Position numbers and translations under genes: made by a program
Source of the DNA: Flaccisagitta enflata
Lineage: Eukaryota
Length of the DNA: 64,000 nt
NCBI GenBank assembly: GCA_965153355.1
Contig: OZ231126.1
Location: 18,848,001 to 18,912,000 of the forward strand
Direction of reading: 5' to 3'
Notes under the pieces: model-generated
Seen by the model: the letters and a program-made list of their open reading frames with translations, nothing else
Database searches by the model: none
Told to the model about the DNA's origin: nothing
Shown here: positions 26,730 through 38,700 of the stretch, piece by piece
Numbering within the stretch: the stretch's first letter is position 1
How the letters are laid out: each line of letters begins with the position of its first letter

Positions 26730-29700
26730 ATGATAATGATAGCTTACAGATTGTCGATCATCTTGGGACTGATTTGCATCTCAACAGATGCCATGGCCGA
26801 CTCGAACTGGGGTAATTATGTCGCGTGGTGCTTCCGACTGATGGTTTATTTTTTGCGTTTTACATCGATCGTACGAAATAATTTAGGAAAAAATGACATC
26901 TGAGCTGAGTTTATAACTCTATGCTTTGTGAAAGCTGGTCCATGAAAATAGTTCTATTGCAAATACAGAGAGCTCATTTATCTATCTCTTTTGCATACTC
27001 TTACAAACAAGCTGACGATAAAAACTTTTATCATTTCCATTCATCTGAGAAGAATTGGGAGGCTGCGAGGTCGACCTGCAAACAGGAGCAGAGAGGCGCA
27101 AGACTCGCCATCATCGACAAGAGTATTTCCCTGCGAGCTATAAATGACAACAATTTCTTACCTCTCAGTAACAATGACATGTAAGTAATGGAAAAGGGTC
27201 ATCTGCGCAGGATTTTTTTCTACAATTCCAAACATGATTGTCACCTACCATTATTTGTTGTTTTACCATAGCGTCAATAGAACTGGCCGATTTTTAGATG
27301 CGTCATCGCATCTCTATAAGAGGGTCTGTCCGTCCGTCCGTCGGTCCGTCCGTCCGTCCGTCTGTCCGTCCGTCCGTCCGTCCGTCCGTCCGTCCGTTAC
27401 GCCTCTTCTAATATCAAGCAGATGACGCATCGAGTTGCCCAATCCGGCTTGTTAGCTTCATATTCCATACACAGAACCAAATGCAAGGTATTTTGAAGAG
27501 CCTCCAAAACATTGACAATTTCGCTCAGTTTTTAGTTGCGGACACGCAACTCTATCAGAGGCTTTGTTCGTCCGTCCATCCGTCCATTGGCCCGTCTATC
27601 TATGGTGATTTAGTGTGGAAAGCTCTAGAAACCCGGCGAGTTTTGATAACGTTATGTATTGGTGCAGGTGAATAAAATCCTTCTTTTTTTAATTTGAACT
27701 AAAGTGTATGGTTGGGAGCATCAGACGCTGAGATAGAAGGGGAATGGTACTGGATGGATGAAAACGATGCAAAACAAAATGCTTCTTCCATTCAATGGAA
27801 CAAAGATCGAAAACAACCAGATGGCGACAAGAGGGAAAATTGTCTGATGCTGAGAATGTTTGGTTCAAATGCTAAATTGCACGACGGAAATTGCGAAGAT
27901 AAACGAAAGTTCTTGTGTCAACGTCTACAAAGAGGTGACAACTGACCATTCTGTCAGGATTTGGCGTTGAAAAAAAAAAAAAAGAAACTGCCGCCCTAAC
28001 TAGTAAAAAACGCAACTATGCCTATGGTTTGTTTTGTTTCCTTGATATAAAGCAAGTTTTTAATTGAAAAAAAAAAAGTTTTCTTTAAGAATACAGTGGC
28101 AGTACTGATCAGGAAAGTCTTTTATGCTGGGCGTTATGTAAAATTACTCAAGGAAATGTTTTGTTTGTTTTTAGTCGCGGACACGCAACTCCTTACCTTG
28201 CCGTGTCGGTCGGTAGGTCGGTAGGTCCATTACAAGTTTCAAGGGATTATTACATTACGGCTCCTGCCCAATTGTCTGTGACTGTCGTGCCGTGTATCCG
28301 GCCTTCTTTTCATTTACTCCTCTCCATCGTACAATAAAAGTAAAATTCTTCGGCCAAATTGTCAGGCACCTTACATTCTGTCTACCACGCGTTTAAAAAA
28401 AAAGACGCAGCTGGTCATTTATTGATAGAACAGACAAAAAAGATTGTTAAAAAATTTTTCCATTGAAAGTAATTTAAAGATTTTCTTTCAATCTAGACCA
28501 GTCCCAGGTCTGTATCTCAAACCGTTTAAAAGTTACAGCCAGTCAAAGACAACTAGTATTTTAAGCACTTGACAAAATTAAAAAATCATTTAAAAAATCG
28601 TTTATTTGTTTCTTTTTCTTAGGAAAATACTTAAGAAAAACTTTCAACCATTTTTCAGTCAAAGTAATTTTGAAGATTTTCAAATTTTCTTTCATTCTAG
28701 ACCAATCCCAAGTCTGCATCTCAAACGGTTTAAAAGTTATAGCTCATCAAAGAGAAACACTGATTATCTTGAATTCTTCTTCTCTTATGGAATTGTGAAA
28801 ACGTTTTTTGTCTATTTTTTCTCTATTTTTACTACGCCCAAACGCCTCAAGATTAACAACTTTTTCTTTTTCATTCTCAAAGCTTAAGAACTGGGCTTTT
28901 TAATAGTGCAAAACATTCAACTTGAAATCAAAGATTAAATAGCTAAAATAGTCATTTAAAAGTGCGTCTTTTTAGTCGCGGACACGCTACTCTACACCTT
29001 GCCGTGTCGCTCCGTCGGTCCGTAACATTTTTGAAATGTGAGTGGTTTTTGCAATACTGCTCCTGCCCAACCGTCCGCGACTGGATTGCCGTGTATCCGG
29101 CCTTGTTTTTTTTTATTCGCGTGGTATCAATACATCAATGATCTATGTGCCCAAAGAAAAGTAACTACTTTTAATTTTTTGAACACCCGTTGTCCGCGCT
29201 TACTATCGCTATCTTTGCCGGTGGCAGGAGTAGTTCAGAAACGTGAATAGACGGTCTGAAAAATGTTTTATTTGTAAACAATTAGTAAACGTTTTGTAAA
29301 CAAACGGAAATTTATATAAACAAACGTGAGCTTATCTAAACAAACAAACAAAAACAAACATGAGGCTATGAATGTTTTATACCTGAAAAACTTCTACAAT
29401 TGTCCAGCTTTTACAGTAATCGCGGAAATGTTTAATCGTAATGAAAATAGTAATGATTTTAATCTGAAAGAGAAAGAGAGATATTGATTAGTAAATGTTT
29501 TCTTCCTTTACCGTTGACGCAAAAAGAAAAAAAAAGAATTCACGCGTGTATACATCTTAACCATCGTCCATACATTCTAAAGAAAGAAATATGAATATTT
29601 GCGTAATTTTTTGCCAATTTGCCGCTTTGAGAAATAGACGCGATTCAAATGCGCTCAAGGTGAGTAAAACGAGCAAGTTTCAAAAAGAGGAAACAAATGA

Positions 29701-32700
29701 TCAAGGCATGTACGCGGAAGCGGCCACACCCCCCACTTTGACCACCCAGGGTCAAACGAGGACAAGGACAAGGACACAAACCTCCATCCCATAAGCCCAA
29801 GGACATACGCTTGCACTAACCAAAACAAAAGGCGTAACGGGCAAAGAAAAAAGGGGCTAACTTCCATACAAAATGAAAAAGCTAGTTAGGAATGAAAAGG
29901 TAAACGCCAAATGGAAGAGCCACTTATGAATGAATAAAGTATTCAGTTATGAAAGCGCTACATCGAAAATGCCCTTCTTCAAAATGAAAGAGCTTTCTCA
30001 AAAATGAAAGAGCTAATTTCGGAATGAATAAATTAATCAAAAATGAAATAGTTGCGTCAACTGATTCATTTTTCGTGAATTGAAAAACTAATACGCGATG
30101 GAAAATTAAAGGGAAAAAAGATTCTCTCTTTCCACTGATTATGAACGGAAAAAATTTGCTGGACAGATACTCGTAAGGATAAGGAATGACGTGAATGCTT
30201 GGGAGGCGAAATAAGTAGAACAGATACCCATTTACGCAAAAACATTACTTCAAAGAGAATAAGTGATGTTAATTAAAGGCGAAATAAGTATAAGAGATAC
30301 TAATTTGCGCAAAAATATAAACAAAAAAAAAACAGTAATAATGAACGACGTAGTGAAAAAAAAGCTTTCCCTTACGCAAAACATTACTATCGAACTTTTC
30401 CCCTCCAATCCCCCCCCCCCCACGTGTACATTCTCGTAAATTATCGAAGCAAAAGTCCCATGGAGAGGCGCAGTTTGACGACGAAGAGGAAGACGTGGGT
30501 GAGGCGAAAGATAGAAACTAAAATCTGAGTTGAGAGATGGACGTCGTACCTATCACAAGAGCGGCGTCGTATCTATCACAAGAGCTCCGACTTTTTATCA
30601 CAAGAGCTCCGACAATTTATCACAAGAGCTCTGACGTTCTATCACAAGAGCCAATTTATTTTCTGTCTTTCACTAATTCTTTTTCAAAACTCGAGGATTA
30701 TTTCACGTTGGTGAATTTGAAATGAACACCTAAATAGTCAGTAGAGAGAATAACTCTAATCTATCGAGAAGGAACTAAAAAAGAGGGAGAGTAAGAAAGA
30801 GACAATGAATCAATATCTAACACGTGAAAACGTCGTCTTGTTGTCGATGAGAACGGAGAGAGAACCGCGAATTTAGTTTTATTTTTACTTGGTAATGCTC
30901 GTCGGTTTGGCGGATTTGCTTCCACCGGGCGCCAACTGTTCGTCGACGGCTTCAAGGAGGACGAGGCTATTTACGTGTCTTTCCAATTCTTTTTTCTTTT
31001 TCGTACCGAGGCGTACACGACGGACGTTGCCTTCACGATCGGGGAATGTTTCGATGATGCGCGCGAGATTCCACTCGTCCCTCGGCGCATTTTCGGCGAT
31101 GAGAACAACGTCGCCAACGGCCACGTTGCGACGTTTACCGGTCCATTTCCGGCGTTGTTGCAATGACGTCACGTATTCGCGGCGCCACCGCCGCCAGAAG
31201 GCGTCAACGAGATTGCGAACGTGCCGCCAGGATTGGATGAGGATGCGTGGCGGTAATTCCGACGACGGCGGCAATATTTGAATCGATTCTGTTGCCACCA
31301 CGCCAGGATGTAGAAACGAGTTTGGAGTGAGAGCCTCGAAGTCGTCGGGGTCCATTGACACTGACGTAATTGGGCGTGAATTGAGGATGCCCTCAGCAAC
31401 GACGACGAGCGTGTGGAAGGCGTCGGCGCCGACCTCGTGTTTGTCGAGAAGGGCGTAAAAAACTTTCTTGAACGATTTTACCAACCTTTCCCACATTCCA
31501 CCAGTGTGAGGGGCGGAAGGGGGGGAGAAGGTCCATTGAATGCCTTTTGCCGCAAAATCACCGTTTATTCTTTCTCTCCACTTTTCCACTTCTTCTCTTA
31601 TTTCTCTTTCACCGGCTCGGAAATTCGTTCCGTTGTCACTCACTAAATGACGGAGGCCGGGATGACGGGCGTGGAAGCGGGAGAGAGCGTTGATGAATGA
31701 ATGGACGTCAAGGCCATCAGTTACTTCACAATGGATGGCTCTTGTTGCGGCGCAGACAAAGAGACAGACGTATCTCTTATGATGGGCTCTGCCTCTTGAT
31801 TTTATTAAGAACGGGCCGCAAAAATCGACTCCTGTTGAGGCAAACGTATGAGAGGCCGAGACGCGATATCCCGGAAGTGGCGCCATTTGTTGTTGCATAA
31901 CTGCGCCTTCATCGCGACGACAACGGAGACATTTTCTGAGGGCGCTGCGGACCGCGGCGCCATCCTGAGTGATCCAGACAGACTGACGGAGATTCGCGCG
32001 CGTGTGTTGAATTCCCACGTGACCAAAGAGATGATGATAGTGAAGAATGAGCAGCGGCGTTATCAGATGGTCGCGTGGGAGGATGATTGGATGATTGGAT
32101 GTAATCTTGCCATCAGTACGTCGGTGAATCCTGCCGCCGACGCGGAGAAGAGGAAGATTTTCATTTTCATCATCAAGATAAGGAGAGAGAGAAGAAATCT
32201 TTGACTGCTTTGCCACTTTTCCTTCCCTCTTGAGAGACGCAAATTCTGCCGCAAATCTCTCCTTTTGGAAAGCAGAAAAGATGATTTTATTCACATGGCG
32301 ATAATCAGAGGCAGAAAGAGGACGGCAGATCTCTTGTTTTATCGCGGCTGTCGTTGCTTTTTCCGACTTTTTCTTCAAGTAAAGGCTGAAACGACGAAGG
32401 ATGTTGATTCTTTGAACTAACTTGTTCCATGATGAACAATACTGAGCCAGTTTAAGAACAAAAGGATTCGGATTAGCATTGAGTGTAGAGGCGGCGATCG
32501 TTGCTTCGACATTCTCCTCTTTCTCCTCCTCCTCCTCTTCCTCATCATCCTCATCGATTCCGAAGGGGCAAACTGGCCATTGTTCGGGCGGGAGAAGGAG
32601 AAACGATGGCCCGTTTTGGAATATGTTCCAATTCTCTTCGTCATTGGACTTAATTCCACGTGACCCTATATCAGCAGGGTTAATTTCACCAGGAACGAAT

Positions 32701-35700
32701 CGAACTTGAGTGGGGGAAATCACGTCGAGGATTTTGGCCACTCGATTTCTCACAAACGTTTCGAGTTTGAGGCGAGGATTGACGATTTGCCTGATGACTG
32801 TAGAAGAGTCGGTCCAAAAGGTGAAACTTTCCATCGGTTCTTTGAAGGCTTCACTAATCGTCAATGCCATGTCTCTTGCTTTGACGACGCCGACCAATTC
32901 AGCGCGGGGAGTCGAACCGTGTAGACAACTAGTCTTTTCATTCCCAGGGATGACATGAGATTTTGCCGTCACCAGACGAACGTGGGTGACGTTCAGATCA
33001 TCAACGAATCTAACATAACAAGACGCTGAGATGCCCACCTTACTGGCGTCGGAGAAGAAGAGGAACCGTCTTTTTGCATTTTTGGCCAGTGAGTGACAGC
33101 CAATCCATCTTGGAACTTTCCGATTGACCAATGTGGGGACGGAGAGAAACCAATCGTTGAAAACTGTCATTTCACCTATGGGAATTGGATCATCCCAACC
33201 AAGTTTGAGCTGGCCGAATCTTTGTAGCTCACGTTTTGCAATGAGGGTGAATGGCGACTTCAAGCCAAGTGGGTCATAAATTGAATGGACCAATCCTAAG
33301 ACTTGGCGGCGGGTTGTGGGCGGATTTTTCAAGTACTTTTCCGCGACTTCGGTTGAAAACACATCTTCTTCAACCTCGTATCTCATTCCTAAAGCATGGT
33401 CGATCAATTTGGCATCTTCTTCTCTGGATGCGCGGAACTTCTTGACAGATTTAGCCACTTTTTCTTTGGGAATAGCATCCATGATTTTCTTGCTATTGGA
33501 CAGCCATTTGGAAATATGAAAGCCGCCGCGGCTGCAAATCTGGGTCACTTCTTCCATCAACTTTAAGCCTTCTTCTTCTTCCTCAATGCTCTCGACAAAA
33601 TCATCGACATACATATCTTCCAATAGGGCAAGAATTGCTTCAGGAGAGAAATCAGCAGCATTGTCCCGAGCACATTGTTGGAGAGCAAATGTTGCAACAG
33701 AGCTCGATGGTTTGGCGCCGAATAAATGCGCGGCCATTCTCAAAATTTTGATGATTGACCCTGGGTCACCCTCCCAAAAGAGGAACCTGAACGCATTCCT
33801 GTGCTTCTCTGGTAGCTTGACGCGCATAAAGAAATCGCCGATATCACCCATAAGCGTCCAAGGATGCTGCCTAAAGCGCAGCAAAAGATGCAGCAGCGGC
33901 GCAGCCAAATCTGGGCCTTTATAGAAAAAGTCGTTGAGGCACCTCTTGAGAGTCCTGGCTGCACAATCGTGGGTGATTCTGCGCTTCTCAGGCTTCCTTT
34001 TGTCTTGAGTGGGGTGGAGTGGGATATAGAAACAAGGCTGATCGTCGGGAACATTATTCACATCCTTGGGATACTCCCCTACCTCCTCAGCATATCCCTT
34101 CTCCACCAGAAGATTAACATGGGTCTTAACCATCTCCCACTCGGCAGGGTTGTTGGCTAATTTATCACCCAAGCGAATCAATCGGCGGTAGGCAGTGGCG
34201 GCAGTGGGAATTTCTTTCATTTCCTCCACCACTTCTTCATGAGGTTTGTTGAACACCGCATCAACTTGGTATTGACCATCAACCAGTTTGACAGAATCTT
34301 GCATGATCTTGAGAGCTTTCATGTCTTCAATTGAATGCTTTTCAGATTGTTGCCGCTGATGAGACTTTGCTGTTGGGGTTGAAGGCTCCCCCAAACAGCC
34401 CTCGTCTTGCTGCTGTAGAGTAGTTTTTTGTTTTGGGAGGATTGGGCCTCCAAAAACGTCTTCAAAACTCTCCATCTTCTCTGACTCAAAGACAAGATTC
34501 ATTTTCTTATTGAGTCGCGCATTATCAAAAGTTGTGAAGGCCACAGAAAACTTATTGGCCCTGGCTTCATGACAAGTTGGGCCAGCTATCGACCACCCCC
34601 AATAAGAACAGTACGCCGAAGGCTTGTCTTCTGTACTTCTTCTGACAGACCCATCTTCAGGCAACATGGTGAAAGCTAAATCGGATCCAAGCAACAGCTC
34701 CACTTCCTTGGGCATGGGAGACAGTTCATGGATTTTGACATCTGTCAAGTGTGGGTAACAGCTCACATCTGCCTGTCTTGGGACTGAATCAATGTCCATG
34801 GGGATACGATCAACAACTACAGCATTTGCAGCAACAGAGTAATCTGAGAAGAGAGACTTGAGTTCAACAGAACAGAATTCACTCTGTACCCTTTCAGCAC
34901 TCTTCAAAACTGTGTTGAACTCAATGTTGCATGGCTCACAATCTATGTCCATTTCTGAGGCTGTTCTTTTGATGATACAACTGCTGTCTGAGCCCTTATC
35001 AAGCATGGCAAGGACGTCACGTGATTCACCACTCTTGGGGTTGAAAATCTTGAGAGCAACAACTGGACGGAAGACTTTCTTGGAGCTATTTTTGGCAGAA
35101 GCATTGAAGACTTGGCTCTCTTGGACTTGAATTGCCTCATTTGTCTCTGCAGCAACTTCAGTCTTGATTGCTGCAACAGAAGAAGTCGATTCTTTTCCCT
35201 TTGCTGCATCTTCAATGCTTTTCTTAAACTTCTCCTTCTCTCCTTCGTCTTTCCGTTCTGCTACAAACTCTCGAAACTTTTCTTTCCCGTCTTTGTCCAA
35301 GCAGATGAGACTGTGGTGATAATTGACCCCGCAACTGCATGTAACTTGCATTGGACACCCCTTTGAACTGTGGGTACGTGAATTGCAACACTTGAAGCAA
35401 ACCCGTTGGTCATAACAAAACTTGCGTCTTTCTAAAGCGGGCATTTTCTTGAATTCAATGCAGTCATATAAATTGTGCATTTGGTTGCATTTGGCACACG
35501 GTGCTCGCCCTTTCCGCTTTTGCGTGTCTTCATTTCCTTTGACTGAAGAGGAAGAGGAAGAGTCACCAATTTCACCGGCGGCGATGGAAGCCTTTTCCGT
35601 CTTGACTTTTTAGAGATGAGGAATTACTGATGGCTGTTGGCATGCTGCAGATGGGAGATGGTAAGCAGGCGTTGAGTAAGAGGATGCTACAGATGGTCGT

Positions 35701-38700
35701 TGAAATACTGCAGCTGGAAGAGTAGATGCTGCAGATGGACGTTGAAATGCTGCAGCAGGAAGAGTAGATGCTGCAGATGGACGTTGAAACGCTGCAGCTG
35801 GAAGAGTAGATGCCGCAGGTGACTGATAGAAAGTTACAGATGATTGCTGATGTGCCGCAGATGTTGTAGGCTGAGGATAGAGAGCCACTTGTGGGAGAGA
35901 AGGTGCAGCAGACGGATGAATAGCTGCAGATGGATTGGATGCCGACTGAGCTGTAACAACTGTCATTGTTGAACCGAGGGATGGGAAAACTCCAGATGTT
36001 GAAAATGGCGGACTAATCTTGAAATCCCCCGTCTGCTGAAAGGCTGGAAGGTGAGGGTTCGGATGGAAAGGAGGAGGAGGAGGAGGAGGAAGGGCAGAAT
36101 GTGGTAGAGTTAATTCGATTGAAGTCGCTTGTCTATGGACGGTAGGAAGAGATAATACGTTTTGCGACGTTGAATCTTGAGGATTTTGAGAAACTTGGCT
36201 TGGATTGAGGGCTTTATCTTTCTTTTCCCCTTTCCCGATGGTTTCCATTCCTCCTTTCACCGCCGACTCGATAACGCTTATTTCATCATCATTAGCCGCC
36301 TCTACTTCCGACTTCTTTACTTCAAACTCGCACTCATTGAGTTCTTTCTTCCTCCTTATTTCTTCCATTTCCCTCTTCTTTTCATCCATTTCTTTCTGCT
36401 TCTCCTCTTCCTCACGCTCCAGCTCATGCTTTTCCTTTAACGCCTCTCTTTTAAGTTTCTCTGTCGCCGCTTTCCTACGTCTTCTCGATGAGGACGTCGT
36501 TGACGAGACATTTGAGGCAGAATCTTCAGGTAAAACATCGTCTTCGTTACGCTTGCGAGAAGAGAGAGAGGATCCGTTGATTTTAGCGCCGGTATCCAAT
36601 GGTTGTTGCTGTTGCTGATGAGGATGTTGTGTTGAAGCGTCGATGTTGTCGCTGCGTTCAACTCCACCACCAACAACGTCTTTATCACCGCCGCCACCGC
36701 CGCCACCACCCCCATCGCCGCCTCCTCCACCGCCGGCACTTACAACGCCGGCGCCACCTTCCACCCCGATGCCAGTCTTCTTCGTAATGACGTAATCGGC
36801 GACGGTGAATGATGACTTCCGCGATCGCGGAACTGGTGTTGGAGAAAGGGGACGAGGGACTGGAAGCGTTGGCGTTTGTCCTTTTTTGCGAATGAATTGG
36901 CGACTTTCACCCAGAAGAGTCCAAATTGGGTCGACAAAGGCGTTGAAATAGTAACGTGTCTCTGCGTTCCACAACGCCGTTTGTTTAGCAGCGTCGGCTT
37001 CGATGCATTTGTCTGTCGCCAGTTGGTGATGTGAAACAAGACGCTGTAGATTTTCATCCGCTGCGTCGCTTTTTGCAAGTTGGAGAGACTCGTATAATTG
37101 ATCGTAGAAATACGGCAATTCGAGATGCTCGACGAGCCTTTTGACGTCTTCTTTGTTGATGTCCATCTTGACCGACGTCCGTGCGAAGCGATGACGTCAG
37201 GAATTGTAGAAGCTTGTCCGCGCTTACTATCGCTATCTTTGCCGGTGGCAGGAGTAGTTCAGAAACGTGAATAGACGGTCTGAAAAATGTTTTATTTGTA
37301 AACAATTAGTAAACGTTTTTTAAACAAACGGAAATTTATACAAACAAACGTGAGCTTATCTAAACAAACAAACAAAAACAAACATGAGGCTATGAATGTT
37401 TTATACCTGAAAAACTTATACAATTGTCCAGCTTTTACAGTAATCGCGGAAATGTTTAATCGTAATGAAAATAGTAATGATTTTAATCTGAAAGAGAAAG
37501 AGAGATATTGATTAGTAAATGTTTTCTTCCTTTACCGTTGACGCAAAAAGAAAAAAAAAGAATTCACGCGTGTATACATCTTAACCATCGTCCATACATT
37601 CTAAAAAAAGAAATATGAATATTTGCGTAATTTTTTGCCAATTTGCCGCTTTGAGAAATAGACGCGATTCAAATGCGCTCAAGGTGAGTAAAACGAGCAA
37701 GTTTCAAAAAGAGGGAACAAATGATCAAGGCATGTACGCGGAAGCGGCCACACCCGTCATTTGAGAAAAATGTGAGCAAAAAAAGAGAAAAAAATCAGTT
37801 TCATTAATATAATAAGAAAAAAAAACAAGCAATTAAATGCACCTAATGAAAAAAAATTGGATCAGTAAAATATCAAGAAAAAAAAAACAAAAAAAAAAAA
37901 TCCTAAAAAACTAAGTCGGGTCTGTAGGCAAAACTGAATTTCAGGTTTGGCCTCAAAACCAAGCCTCGGCCCTCTCACGGCCAGACCCGCAAGGCCTTAC
38001 TCGGGATGGAATTTGACCATCGAGGCTAGCTCCAAGGCTGGCATTTACGTAAGTCCGTTGGAGGGTTTGAAGAAGAAGAAAGATTCTCTGCTTCGATCAT
38101 GGAATTCAGTTATAAATAGCTAAATCTCGTCTTTGATCAACTGACTATTTTCAGGGCCATGTGGTGGGAATGGCAAAATCAAATTGGGCTTGTTTGAGCA
38201 ACATGGAGATGACCAGCGGCAATTGGAATCTTATGAAATCTTACGGTGAAACATATTGTCAACTAGGGGTTAAGGAAAGCAAGGCCGGATATACGGCTAC
38301 CCAAGTCGCGTGCGGGTGGGCAGGGGCCATATTTGAGGTCTTATTATCATCAGGCGTCTTGGTTCTTCTTTTCTGCCGAGAAGCAAAATTCTTTCCTTTA
38401 ACACTGCCGACTAGAAAAGTGAAGTACCCACCCCCCATCCCCATTGCACTATGATAGTCACTTGTCAATGTCAGGCGCTTACTATTCTGGTAGCCATATC
38501 ATAAAATGGCCCGTCTGATTTTGAAACAGTTTACCACGCAGGGTAAGATTTTTCTTTGTGCTCAAATCATTTATAACTCAAACTCAAAATTTGTACTGTT
38601 TTAATTCAAGGTTATTTCCATAGAAACAAGGCTGGATACATAGCAGGACAGTCACAGACGGTTGGGCAGGGGCGAAAATGCAGAAATGTGATAATGTTAC

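Larger units (their letters stand above)
29191..37752 (-). mobile_element. Full-length BEL/Pao LTR retrotransposon (8.56 kb)
   Basis: TG...CA LTRs at 29191-29728 and 37215-37752 (538 bp each, ~5 substitutions by eye). 5-bp TSD CCCGT at 29186-90 and 37753-57. G-rich PPT next to the 3' LTR (29729-29736 on the - strand). Gag-pol ORFs lie between the LTRs. Confidence 0.97.

Noticed and set aside
30889-37078. Antisense and alternate-frame ORFs overlapping BEL gag-pol
   Set aside because: They are shadow ORFs of the long retroelement reading frame.
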